In this document: in pieces, positions 31,581-43,900 of the stretch | How the letters are laid out: each line of letters opens with the position of its first letter | How positions within the stretch are numbered: the first letter of the stretch is position 1 | Source of the DNA: Eledone cirrhosa | Taxonomy: Eukaryota | DNA length: 64,000 nucleotides | NCBI GenBank assembly: GCA_964016885.1 | Contig: OZ024742.1 | Location: 359,662,001 to 359,726,000, forward strand | Direction of reading: 5' to 3' | The notes under the pieces: model-generated | What the model saw: the letters and a program-made list of their open reading frames with translations, nothing else | Told to the model about the DNA's origin: nothing | Databases searched by the model: none | Position numbers and translations under genes: made by a program

Positions 31581-31944
31581 ATGGTATCCAATGATGTTGA
31601 CTTGTTCTTCTTTTTGGTAAATATCATCTTGGTTAAGAGAGTGGGACTGGCTTTGTGCAGTGCCTTTGCTCACTATAAAAGCTTCATGGCACAGGCATTG
31701 CTTTATATCTGGAGATCTCTCTGCACTTGTCGTCACATGGTACCATGGGCCCAGCACTATGTGTCAATAATTGTCACAAGTGTAGTGTTTGTACCAGAGG
31801 TTTCAAGTCGCTGGCTGGACTAAAAAGTCACACTCGTTCAGCGCTTCGGTAGGGGTTCTCCTACATGGATATAAAGTAGTGGCCGTACTCGAAAACGAGT
31901 TGGCAGCCACCATGTATGTATATATATGTATATATATGTGTATG

Positions 31945-31993
<49 letters not shown>

Positions 31994-32035
31994 ATATATG
32001 ATAAGAGGGTGTTAAAGTTTGCTTGAAGCATTGTG

Positions 32036-32078
<43 letters not shown>

Positions 32079-32676
32079 GAGAGAGAGAGGGTGGGGAGAT
32101 GGGAGAGATGGATGTATATGGAAGCATGTCCAATATGAAACCTAGATTAGTCTAATTGTGTGTATTTTAAGCTATAATCTGTCACAGTCGTCTCACTAAT
32201 CATGTGGGACCGCCAAATACTGGTATTCCGGTGATGAACCTCTGCGCTTGATGATAATACTATTTTGATATATCAATATGAATTTCATGTGTGTAAACAT
32301 CCATATCTATGTCTCCCCTGAATATAATTCTATATAATATAGACTGCAACAACTAATTCCATTCCATTTGTTCGACACAATTCCGTCTTCTATGCTATTT
32401 TTTTACCACCGAATTTTATATTTCCTTTGTCTGCAATTTTTCCATATCCCGTCTGATTCAAATATTTCTTACAATTTATTCTTTGCCCAAAAGAAATCAT
32501 GAATGAAAGAAAGTGATTTCTATAAAAATATTATTTGTGAAGTAAAACATCACCTATAACCAACATCTGTCATAGCCGTATTCATGTCATTGTTAATGTA
32601 TTTTGACTCGGAGAGCATAACTATGTGTATAAGTGAAGTTAGAACGAGAGAGAAATAGATTGTTCACATGTATATT

Positions 32677-32768
<92 letters not shown>

Positions 32769-32804
32769 TTTTATTAATGCCAAACAGTGAGTCTTGTTAC
32801 AAGC

Positions 32805-32860
<56 letters not shown>

Positions 32861-33029
32861 AGATAAATCTACCAAAAGTTTACGGTAGTGTCCAATCCGT
32901 ATGAAGAACTCAATGTAATCCGGATATCATGAAAAGAGAAGATGCATTCAAAAACTACTTTCGGTGAAAAATAAACGGAAAACAGAGTCAACAACCAAAA
33001 ACATAAAACAAAATATAAGTGCCTATAAT

Positions 33030-33820
33030 GCATATAAATGTAAAAAAAACCATGAGTATACCACCAGTACATCAAACTAACCATAACATCTCCTCAGATA
33101 CAGGATTCACGAAAAGTTGTAACTGTAGAAACAAGGCAAACTGTCCATTAAAAGGAAATTGCCTTGTTAATAACATAGTATATAAATGTAAAGTTAACAC
33201 TAAGGACTCAATTTATTCATATATAGAAGCTACCTCTAACAAATTTAACATAGTTTTAAAAATGCCGCACTAGCTAATACAACATCTCTAGCTGAAATAA
33301 TTAATAGTTATAGAAAGAGGAATATAGATTATGACCTGACCTGGAGTGTGCTCAAAAGGGCCACCCCTTATCAAAATAATAGATATGAATTTAGATTATG
33401 TTCCCAAGAACTTTTTGAAATAATGAAATCTAAGGATATCCTATTAAATAAGCGACAGGAATTAATAATATCGTGTAATCATAAACTGAGAAAAACCTTT
33501 AAATATTATAAACCTAATTAATATACACTTTAGAAATTAATATATAAACTATTTTTAATTTAGTTAACCTATAATTAATATTCTACTACTGATGAACTAC
33601 ATAATTCTGCTTTAAATATTATAAACCTAATTAATATACACTTTAGAAATTAATATATAAAATTTTTAATTTAGTTAACCTATAATTAACATTCTACTAC
33701 TGATGAACTACATAATTTTGCTTTCCTTCTTACAAATATCATTTCCTAAAACTGATACCATTAAGTAAACATATATAATGCTTTAACTTCAGGGTATGAC
33801 TCTATGTTCCTTGAAAACTA
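33030..33820 (+). mobile_element. PLE-3: degraded GIY-YIG fragment (deletion and frameshift) with 3' region
   Basis: SCNCRNKANCPLKGNCLVNNIVYKC..SYIEATSNKF; continues in another frame as NTTSLAEII...LTWSVLKRATPY...LCSQELFEIM..LLNKRQE..SCNHKL, with a stop near 33520. Confidence 0.82.
33497..33724. repeat. 113-bp tandem duplication spanning the PLE-3 stop codon
   Basis: CTTTAAATATTATAAACCTAATTAATATACACTTTAG... starts at both 33497 and 33610. Confidence 0.9.
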
Positions 33821-33952
33821 TATATATTTATTATTTCTCACTAATAAATTTAATTCCCCCCACCAATAATTATATGTATATGTAAGTGTGTATGTGTGTG
33901 TATATATATGTGTATGTATGTATATATGCATGTATATATATATATGTGTGTG

Positions 33953-33985
<33 letters not shown>

Positions 33986-33994
33986 ATGTGTATA

Positions 33995-34034
<40 letters not shown>

Positions 34035-34044
34035 TAGCGGCGAT

Positions 34045-35053
34045 GAATTAGTTTTGCGAGGTTTTTTATATGAAATCGTGTGTCGAAACAGATATTGTTA
34101 TATTTGGGGAGGGTCATATTTGCGTAATATTGCCAGAATTAATAACAGAACACACTCACTGTTTGGTTGGTTTTCGCTTCTCGCTGTCTTTTATATATAT
34201 ATATCTGCGATCTAACTTACTCGGTCCTCAATGTTGCCATTGACTGACCGGCGGTCAAAAATAATACAGATACAATATAGACAAACACATATATATATAG
34301 TTTACATAAATCTTTCGTTGCACATCTGCAACATCGTCAGTGGTGTTATATTCATTGTTCCTCCTGTTGTGTTGTATGTCTACGCCATTTTTTTTGTTCA
34401 GTCTGTCTATATATTTATTTATTTATTTGCTTGTTTGTTTATCTTATTTTATTTTGTCTTCTTTGCGCATGCGTTTGCGTGTGTGTATAGTGTTATGTGT
34501 GATGTGTGACTAGTGTGTATAGTGTTGTGTCTGCTGGGTGACTAGTGTGTGTTTATGTGCTTGTGTATGTATTTATTTATCTTATTTTATTTAATTTAAT
34601 TTACTTATTTATTTATACTTCTCTTAGGTCAGTGTTGTTTGTTTGGGTGTTGTTGTTGTTCCACTCATTCTTTCTGTTTAGCTTTGGTCTTCTAATTTCT
34701 ATTTCACTGGCCTCTCTGATTTGCCTATCTGCTGGGTCATTCCTATGTTTAGATATTATTCTAATTTCTATGTTGTCTATGTTACCGTCATGATGTTGTC
34801 TAGCATGTTCGTATAGTACTGACCCGTTTTTTCGTCCTTTTAGTTCCCCCCAGTGTTGGTCTATCCTTTCACCTATGCTACGAGCTGTCTCACCTATGTA
34901 TGTTGTTGTCGTGTTTCTGCAAGTACCCTCTGTACATCTTATGCTATAGACTACGTTTCTAGTTTTACAGTTTATCCGGGGGTTCACCTTACATATGATA
35001 CATATGATACATTTCCTATTGGTACAGTACTGTACCAATAGGAAATGTATCAT
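34045..35053 (-). mobile_element. PLE-4, a different lineage (Cys-rich linker, Neptune/Naiad-like): GIY-YIG frame 34613-35053 plus 3' region
   Basis: CTNRKCIIC...NCKTRNVVYSIRC..C....YIGETARSIGERIDQH...LYEHARQHH...RQIREASEI....LNRKNEW. Confidence 0.83.
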
Positions 35054-35759
35054 ATGTAATTAATTTATATTCTTTTCATAGATGTATTTTTTTCACTAAC
35101 ATTCTTATCGTAAAACTTTAGTCACCTTAGATATTTGTATTGGCATTACTATTTTATAACAGCAACTGCTTGTATACCTTTTACTGACCACCTGACCTAT
35201 TTTCACCCCTAAAATAAGCTTCAATTACTACTATTTTACCATTTGGCCAATTATTAACTTTCTATTGGTTAATTTTAAACCTCTTACCATACAGACAGAA
35301 TATATTAGATCTTTGTTGGTTGTATTCAATGAACAAATAAAATTATTTCTGAGGTCAGCATAAGACCTACTTCTTCCCTAAAATAATCCTTCATTCATAA
35401 TATTCTTTTCCATCCAAAACTGAAATATACCTTCCTCTACCCATAATTTAAGGTTCTTCTACTACTATATTACTATCTTGACCCTTACCATCTCTCTATT
35501 GGTCAATTCAAAACCTGTTCCCAAACAGATCTATTGTATTGAATCTTTGTTTTTTTCAATAAACAAATATCGTTATTTCTGAAGACAGCATATATATGTG
35601 TAGGTATGTATATTCTCTCTGATAGTTTGTATAAATATTGTACATAGATCTATAGAATATGCATACCAACTATAACACATATATATCCTAGAAACGATCG
35701 TAAAATGATGAATTTTTTAATATAAGGAACTGTTTCTTTGTTTATTCATTATTTTAATA

Positions 35760-35805
<46 letters not shown>

Positions 35806-35911
35806 ATAATAATAAATTTGAATACTAAAATCCAAAGAGGTCTCGATAAGGATAAATATATATCAAATATATAAGAACCGTAGAGCAAATATTTATTAAA
35901 GTAACAGATTA

Positions 35912-35964
35912 TAGTTTAAGCAAAGAATCGCAGCTTTCAACCTTAACGAGATCTTCTGAAACTA
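35912..35964 (-). ncRNA. Second, more decayed copy of the CAGAAGA hammerhead-like fold
   Basis: TAGTTT CAGAAGA TCTC-GTTAA-GGTT GAAA GCTGCG-ATT-CTTTGC TT AAACTA. Confidence 0.45.
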
Positions 35965-36107
35965 AAAAAAATCAATCTGTGAACGCAGAAGTGAATATTT
36001 CGAAAAACGTTGCAACCGAAGGAAGACAGGAAGACGATACATTGGTTTGTGGAAACGTTCCCTGGCAAAGAACGGAAAAAAACGAATATAATACGTCATT
36101 ATTTGGA

Positions 36108-36298
36108 GCGGTGGATTGGCAGTATTGGTAGAGGGTTGGACGCCATGATTTGACGGATAGAGTTACGGCCCTTGCCTTTCTGAGTTCAAATCCCGCCTAG
36201 GTTAACTTTACCTTTCATCCTTACGGGGTCGATAAAATAAAGTACCAGTAATGCACTGGATAATTGCTGGCCTTGTGCCTAACGTAGAAACAATTATT
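36108..36298 (+). mobile_element. Full-length SINE with a 16-bp target-site duplication
   Basis: B box GAGTTCAAATCC and Nin/Deu-like core. ATTATTTGGAGCGGTG at 36098-36113 and 36293-36308. The empty site is present in the paralogous copy near 29180-29200. Confidence 0.92.
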
Positions 36299-37398
36299 TG
36301 GAGCGGTGAAAAATAATTAAACGCAAAGACAAAACCACGTTTATGGTATAAATGAAGTCGTAGATAAATATTCTATAGGTGGTTCGTGGAGACGTTGTCT
36401 GGTAATGAACGGAAAAAACGAAGATAATACGTCATAATGTGGATCTATGAGAACAATTACACGCAAAGACAAAACCACGTTTATGGTATAACTGAAGTCG
36501 TAGACTAAAATTCTAACTAGGAAACCGAATGATTCTCGGCTTCAGAGTTAAGAATAAAGTAAATAAATTACAGAGGTAATTGAAATTAAATATGTACATG
36601 TACGCATCCATATACGTACATACACATGCATACGCGAAAACACTCGCCATGGGTATGCAAATACAAGCACGTTCACACAAAAACATGCACGCACATACAG
36701 GACCTACGAAACGCCTGTACCCGCACACATACGAACGTATACACCAAATACACATAAAAAAATATATAAAAATTATATATATATATGCGTATGTGTGTGC
36801 GTGTATACATATAATTATATAAACCTATATAAATATACACACATAAATACGTATATAACGCACGCACACAGATACCTACATGTAAATACACATATGCTCA
36901 CGTATTTTCAACAAGGAAGAAGACTTAACTATCTGTGTTTACACAGCAAATTCAAATCTGCGAATGACTAGTAACACCTGTTGCACTTTTCGAAAATACA
37001 CACATTGTACCAGCTTCATCTCAGTGGCGGGAATAGGGTTATCGACAACTAGAACTAGCAGTCGAGTCCTTTCAACTGAGTTAGCTCAACAATTAAGGGG
37101 CCGTATTTATATATATCCAAAATTATATATATATATAAATATATAAATATATACGGAAAAAATGAAACGAAATTTCATTTCCCACTCTTAGTACGGCTGT
37201 TATTTAAATATAAGTATGTACACGTACATACATATATGTATACAGACGTACAGTAGTATGTATATATATATATACATACATGCATACATATATATATGTA
37301 CGTATGGATTCACCGAAGATTTATAATAATGCTCGGTGTGTTTGTAAACAATCATCCCGTATTAAGCCGTAGTGTCTAGCAACCATCGTTGCTCGTTT

Positions 37399-37485
37399 GT
37401 TCAACACTGACAAAGGAACGCTGTACTAGTTTCAAGCTTATTAGCTATCGTCAGCAACGTATACCTTCCTGCCAGATTGTTGAAC
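37399..37485 (-). ncRNA. Type I hammerhead ribozyme (core 37418-37460) with extended stem I
   Basis: ACGTTG CTGACGA T-AGCT-AATA-AGCT-T GAAA CTAG TA CAGCGT. GUA triplet, predicted cut between 37424 and 37423. Stem I continues past a bulge (GTTCAACAATCTGGCAGGA / TCCTTTGTCAGTGTTGAAC). Confidence 0.85.
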
Positions 37486-37819
37486 GTCTGAAAGTATATA
37501 CTTTCCTTATGCATATTAACGGCTGAGTAGCCCAATTTGTATATCGAGTGGGTTAATCGGCCGGGTGCACCGAAAACGATAAACGGAAAAAATGAAACGA
37601 AATTTCATTTCCCACTCTTAGTACGGCTGTTACTTAAATATAAGTATGTACACGTACATACATATATGTATAATATAGACGTACAGTAGTATGTATACAT
37701 GCACACATATATATATATGTACGTATGGATTCACCGAACATTTATTATAATGCTCGGGGTGTTTGTAAACAAACATCCCGTATTAAGCCGTAGTGTCTAG
37801 CAACCATCGTTGCTCGTTT

Positions 37820-37906
37820 GTTCAACACTGACAAAGGAACGCTGTACTAGTTTCAAGCTTATTAGCTATCGTCAGCTACGTATACCTTCCTGCCAGATTG
37901 TTGAAC
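37820..37906 (-). ncRNA. Type I hammerhead ribozyme, second tandem copy (core 37839-37881)
   Basis: Identical core with one stem I mismatch (ACGTAG instead of ACGTTG); 421 bp from the first copy. Confidence 0.8.
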
Positions 37907-38051
37907 GTCTGAAAGTATATACTTTCCTTATGCATATTAACGGCTGAGTAGCCCAATTTGCATTATTAACTCTTTGGTTCTTATATATTTGATATATATA
38001 TTTATCCTTATCGAGCCCTCTTGGGATTTTAGTCTTCACATTTATTATTAA

Positions 38052-38520
<469 letters not shown>

Positions 38521-38539
38521 TCGGTATCTATGTGAAGTG

Positions 38540-38640
38540 AAGAGCGTGGCTGAGTGGTTATTATCATGAGGTTGTGAGTTCGATTCCCGGACCTGGCGAT
38601 GCGTTATGTCCTCGAGTAAGACTCATTATTTCACATTACT
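38540..38640 (+). mobile_element. Head fragment of a second tRNA-derived SINE family
   Basis: A box TGGCTGAGTGG, B box GAGTTCGATTCC, then a degenerate TGTCCTCGAGTAAGAC motif. Confidence 0.6.
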
Positions 38641-39150
38641 TCTTCTGCCTGGATTTGCAATCGTTAGATAGTATTAACAATTGGGAAACATTGTTTCCTC
38701 GGTCCGACGATCTCCACCCCCTCGTTGTTCGAATGAGGTCTGGGATTTTGTCGAGCGACTGTTATATATATGTGTAAATATCGAGTTTTAATTTAAGTAC
38801 AAGGCCAGCAAATTCAAAAGTAGGAAGTCGATGATAGTTGGCCTTTCAGCTTTTGCTATTACTGTTGATATTTTTGTTGTGTCTTTTTGTTGTTTGTCCG
38901 ATATTGTGCTGAGTTTATATTCTACTTTGTTGTCTTTGTTGGGTTATAGATGCAGGTTTGGTTGCTTGTATGGTGACGATAGAGTAGATATGTGCGTTGA
39001 TAACTGGCAATCTACGAGAACGTTAAACCCATTGACTTTCAAAATGTTGTGGCCCTCGCTATGTATTTGGTGTCGTCTCCGATGCACCTCAGTGCAGCTT
39101 TGACTTCTAGTTGGGGAGTGTTGGTCGCTTTTTTAGTCTCCACTGAGATA

Positions 39151-39339
39151 TAATAATTGTTTCTACGTTTGGCACAAGGCCAGAAATTACTCAGTGCATT
39201 ACTGGTACTTTATTTTATCAACCCCGTAAGGATGAATGGCAAAGTTAACCTCGGCGAGATTTGAACTCAGAATGGCAAGGGCCGTAACTCTATGCTTCAA
39301 AGCATGGCGTCCGACCCTCTACCGATACTGCCAATCCAC
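39151..39339 (-). mobile_element. SINE, near full length, flanked by ATAATAAT
   Basis: Collinear with the copy at 24860-25046. Confidence 0.9.
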
Positions 39340-39349
39340 AATAATAATA

Positions 39350-40200
39350 ATACTGAAATTATTGTGTACAGTGCTCAGGTGCACTACAATTCATCAAAGG
39401 TGCATGTATAGTACATAAAATAATATATAAATGTGAGGGAAGTGAATAGTGTATGAGTAATGATATACATGTGTGCGTGTGTATGGAGGGGTGACATCAG
39501 GTGTAGTGTTGGCGAATCTCGGGAAGCATGGAGGTTTAAAGGATGCAGTGTCTCGGCAGCTAACAACTGATGCGGGTAGTTTGTTCCATGGAGGTTTTAA
39601 AGGATGCAGTGTCTCAACAGCTAACAACTGATGCAGGGAGTTTGTTCCATGGAGGGTTTTAAAGTATGCAGTGTCTCGGCAGCTAACAACTGATGCAGGG
39701 AGTTTGGTCCATTGAGTTTTTAAAGGATGCAGTGTCTCGGGAGCTAACAACTGATGCAGGTAGTTTGTTCCGTGGAGGTTTTAAAGGATGCAGTGTATCG
39801 GGAGCTAACAACTGATGCAGGGAGTTTGTTCCATGGAGGTTTTAAAGGATGCAGTGTCTCGGGAGCTAACAACCGATGCAGGTAGTTTGTTCTGTGGAGG
39901 TTTTAAAGGATGCAGTGTATCGGGAGCTAACAACTGATGCAGGGAGTTTGTTCCATGGAGGTTTTAAAGGATGCAGTGTCTCAACAGCTAACAACTGATG
40001 CAGGGAGTTTGTTCCATGGAGGTTTTAAAGGATGCAGTGTCTCAACAGCTAACAACTGATGCAGGGAGTTTGTTCCATGCTTCAGCAAATCTGAGCGTAA
40101 AAAAAGGTTTCCGATAGTCATGGGAACTGGGCTGTTTTCTGACTTTGTTGGCATGCCCACGTGTGTTAGAGACATGGAAATCAAAAAGGGTACTCAGGGA
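39350..40200 (-). mobile_element. CR1-clade LINE 3' end (ORF2 C-terminus, 3' UTR and ATT tail)
   Basis: Minus strand reads LFDFHVSNTRGHANKVRKQPSSHDYRKPFFTLRFAEAWNKLPASVVSC..FK, matching the TRGH...FF..R...WN.LP..VV...FK signature of CR1 ORF2 ends. Confidence 0.82.
39527..40079. repeat. 61-bp minisatellite, about 9 copies
   Basis: Unit GGAGGTTTTAAAGGATGCAGTGTCTCGGCAGCTAACAACTGATGCAGGGAGTTTGTTCCAT. Confidence 0.95.
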
Positions 40201-40339
40201 TGCATCTAAAGACCACAGTTGTCCTCTCCACCGCTTCTATGGCCTCTGCCGGGACGGTTAAATTGATCCATGGTTGTTCTTGTTAATGAGCTTCCAATCC
40301 CTGGGCCAACTTTTTCTCTTTTGGGGTAAAGTATGACTT

Positions 40340-40512
40340 TTATTGTCTGTATTGCTGGTCACATTGTTGTTGATGTTGTTGTTATTGGTGTTGAGGTTGT
40401 CATTGTTGGTGGTGCTGTTGTCGGTGTTGTTGTTGTTGTTGTTGTTGTTGTTGGTGGTGCTGTTGCCATCCATGTTGTTGTTGGTGGTGGTGGTGGTGGT
40501 GGTGGTGGTGGT
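40340..40512. repeat. (GTT)n/(GGT)n trinucleotide tract
   Basis: Direct reading. Confidence 0.9.
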
Positions 40513-40679
40513 GGCCAGCAGTTATCCCAGTGTATTAGTGGCACTTTATTTTATCAACCACGTAAGGATGAAAGGCAAAGTTAACCTCGGCGGGATTTGA
40601 ATTCAGAATGGCAAGGGCCGTAACTCTATGCGTCAAAGAATGGCGTCCGACCCTCTACAGATACTGCCAATCCACCGCC
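40512..40679 (-). mobile_element. SINE copy lacking its 3' tail
   Basis: Collinear with the other copies, from GGCCAGCA to CCAATCCACCGCC. Confidence 0.88.
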
Positions 40680-40967
40680 CTTGTTTCTAATTTTCCCAAT
40701 CCACCGTTCTAATAATGCTTTCTTTATTAACCACAAGGGTTTACATAAAGTAGACATTAAGGACAGTACAGGACAATACAGGACGGTACAAATGGACATT
40801 TCTGCGTGTAAAAAACAAAAACAGAGGATGTAACAAAAAAATAACAATGAAAAATTCCACAATAGGGGGGAGACTTCGGAGGGACATTTGTGGAGAAAGC
40901 CCATTAAAAGGCCACAGTGACCCTGACCACCAGGGCAAGTGCCCTCTCCCAGTTTTCCACCTTTAAT

Positions 40968-43900
40968 TTACAGACACATACTCAGAGTAGGCCCATTCAC
41001 TCGGGCCATTCTTGCTTCTCTCACCCATCTTTCAATAAAATGCTGGGAAGAGAGCACTTCCCTCTCTACCCTGATTTTCCTTTTCAAATGAAATTTGAAA
41101 AAGTCAATCAGGGCATCACCGAAGAGGTAAGTACTCATCTTCAGCCCTTTCAAACGTGTCCACCATACTATCTCTTTCGCCATGACCACCAGACAGATAA
41201 AAACTTCCTGCCCTTCCCGGCTAAAGGAAGAGGGCGGGGCAATCCTCACGATGGACTCAGCTGATAGCCGGATCCGTCCTACACGCGACAGCAGGTGTTC
41301 GACATAAATCCACAATCAGCAATGCTCGGACACTGGACGAGTGCGTGCAGGCCGGTTTCGTCGCCCTGCGCGCATCTCGGACATGCCCGGCTGACGGCAC
41401 CTCCATGTAGTAGAGTTTATCCCAAACTGGCAAGGCTCCTCCGTAGCACTGCCAGGCCAGGGATTTCTGGAAGTTGTCCATAGGCCCCGGCCCGAAAGTC
41501 CTTCCGAAGAGATTGGCTAGTTGATTTTCGTTGACGCCTAGAGTTTCTCCAAGTACGTCGTCGCTCTTCCCCTCCACTAATCCTCTATAGAACGCCAAGG
41601 TAGAGTTTCCACCGATCACATTGCCCGATTGGTCGAGGGCTGTGAGCGCCTGAAGACATTCCAATCTCCAAGCGCTCCCTCTCGGTCTTCGCTTGACACA
41701 GGACTGCAGCCCCGTCAAGGAGACGAGCTGAGAAAAGACGTGTCTAGCAAACGGCGACCACACCTGATCACCGTCGAGGAAGACGTGGAGATGTCGTAGC
41801 CTGAGTGCGTGTCTGCGCATCATCAGTCACGGCATGCCCAGCCCTCCACGTAGCGGGTGTTGACAGCAGATTGACCGCGTGACCATCGGAGCGCGTCCCT
41901 TCCACAAAATGCGAAAGAGCAAACGCTCCAGCGCAGTAAGGGGGAGCTTAGGACAAGGTACGACGGTCAGGTGGTAGTAGATGACGGACACGATGTACGC
42001 GTTAGCCACCTCCGCTCGACCTTATAGGGATAGATTCCTCTCCGTCCATTTCTGGGTGAGAGAAGCCACCCTGCTCGTCACCTCGTCCCAGTTTTTGTCC
42101 GTCTGGAGGTCCGGACCGAACCAGACCCCTAGCAATTTAACTGGTCCGTCCGTCCAGCGCCCGACGACGCTGTTGGACGGCATGGACCTGCCTCTCCAGG
42201 TGCCGAGCTGCAGGCCCACTGACTTTTCCTGGTTGATCATTGCTCCTGTCACCGCTTCGTATTCTCTTAGTGTAGTGCCGATCGCCTCGATGTGTTTGGC
42301 GTTCGACACCACTACGGTGACATCGTCCGCATATGCTGACACGGATCTTCCGCATCCTAGTTCGCACGGGACCCCCTCAACGTCTCCAGTTTGTGCAGTA
42401 ATGGCTCGAGAGTCAATACGGACAAGAGGGACGAGAGGGGACATCCTTGACGGACCGAGAGCATGATGTTGAACGGTTCCGAAAGGTGACCGTTCACTCT
42501 CACCACAGAGCAGATGTCGCTGTGCATGGCAGCGGTCCAGCCTCTGAAGACGGGCCCAAAGCCAGCCGCCCTCAGGACTGCCGCTAGGTAACGATGGTCG
42601 ACCCTATCGAAAGCTTTCGACTGATCTAAATTGACCAAGGACCCACCCGTGCCAGGTTCCCTAGCTACCCTCTCTACGATGTATCGCATGAGGTGGAGGT
42701 TGTCGTAGATGGATCTGTCGGGAATCGCGCATGTCTGCGCCTCTCCCACCAGACCACCAACGACAAGCGCCAACCTCTTTGCTAGCACCTTGGCCAAAAT
42801 CTTGAACTCTGTATTTAGCAGAGTTATGGGGCTGAAACTATCTATGTTATCCCCCTTGTTCGGATCCTTTCTCAGCAGCCCCACAGCTCCTCGGCTCACA
42901 GAGCTGGGAATTCTCCCGTTCTGTTGCCAGTTGTAGTAGACGTCCGCCAAGAGGCCTCCGAACAAGTCTGGCATCTGTACGTAAAGTTCATAGGGCAGAC
43001 CATCCAAACCAGGCGATTTATCCCTTGTGCAGCCAGTCATTGCCTCCCGTACTTCAGCGGCTGTTGTCGGCTTTTCGCAACGCTCCGCCTCAGTGGCCGA
43101 GAGATGCGGCAGTCCGTCGAGGTAGACACTAAAGTCCATACATCGATCTGGCCCGACGCTGCCCCCGAACAGCTGTGCGAAGTGTCGCTGAAAAGCTTCA
43201 CACATTTGCCCGGGATCGAGTAGCATGCGCCCGTCGTTGTCCACCAAAGACCAGATCGTGGCTTTGATGCCACGACGCGCCGCCGCCACTCGGGCCCATT
43301 GAACGGCTTTCGTCCCCTCGTGTCTGAGAGCACGCACCCTAGCTCTGACAACGCAGCCTTCGTGCTTTGCATTGAAGAATTGGTCAAGGGCCAATTTCGT
43401 TGCAAGTACGTCGGTCGCGATGCCTTTGCTAAGCGCCTCGTCTAATTTTCTAACTAGTTCTCCCTCTGCTCTATTTTTTCTCTATTGCTAAAGCCTTACT
43501 AAACCTAATGGACTCTATTCTAATCGCTCTTTTGAGATCAAACCACCACTTGTTGTTGACGATGGCCCCCGTCAACGCCCGCTTAACTAGTTCGCTAATC
43601 CGCTCTCTGTAGGCCTTGCGCGCTGGTAAGGACGCGTTTAGCTTCCAGTAGCCGGGTCCTTGTCTATGAAGCCTATCTGATTACGAATTTGTGGTCCTTG
43701 TAGCTGACTATCTTGAATTGTGGACAGCCTATGCTAGACCTATCTATTTCCCTACAAAATACTCTATCTAGATATGATCTGGATGACCCGATGCGATTTT
43801 TCCAAGTCCACATTGGCACATTCGGGAAATCCAATCGGTACCTGTCAGACAGTTCAAAACGCCTGAGCAGGATGGTGAGACTCTTACACCCTCCTCCCTT

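Larger units (their letters stand above)
35890..36900 (-). mobile_element. Second, non-coding copy of the PLE-1 3' region in inverted orientation, interrupted by a SINE
   Basis: Reverse complement aligns with ~28450-29403 (shared GTCTTCCTGTCTTCC, TTTTAGTCTACGACTTC and ACGTGGTTTTGTCTTTGCG blocks). Confidence 0.87.
37153..37960 (-). mobile_element. ~1.9 tandem copies of a ~421-430-bp non-coding unit, each carrying a hammerhead (non-LTR retrozyme-like or PLE pseudo-LTR tandem)
   Basis: ACGGAAAAAATGAAACGAAATTTC starts at both 37153 and 37583. The units are nearly identical apart from microsatellite length. Confidence 0.82.
35807..38050. repeat. Pair of ~75-bp inverted repeats (35807-35879 and 37976-38050) bounding a composite segment
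   Basis: Left arm AATAAATTTGAATACTAAAATCCAAAGAGGTCTCGATAAGGATAAATATATATCAAATATATAAGAACC matches the reverse complement of the right arm with a few substitutions. Confidence 0.9.

Noticed and set aside
31580-31910. Possible inverted RTE endonuclease remnant
   Set aside because: Only vague motif echoes across several stops; not supportable without a profile search.
33585-33725. CTGATGA motifs in the PLE-3 tandem duplication as hammerheads
   Set aside because: No stem II hairpin or GAAA at a suitable distance.
36108-36200. tRNA gene
   Set aside because: The A and B boxes belong to a SINE head. There is no complete cloverleaf and the sequence continues into the SINE core.
39527-40079. 61-bp repeat as a ribozyme array (CTGATGC motif)
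   Set aside because: The core is CTGATGC with no GAAA; the unit is explained as CR1 coding sequence.
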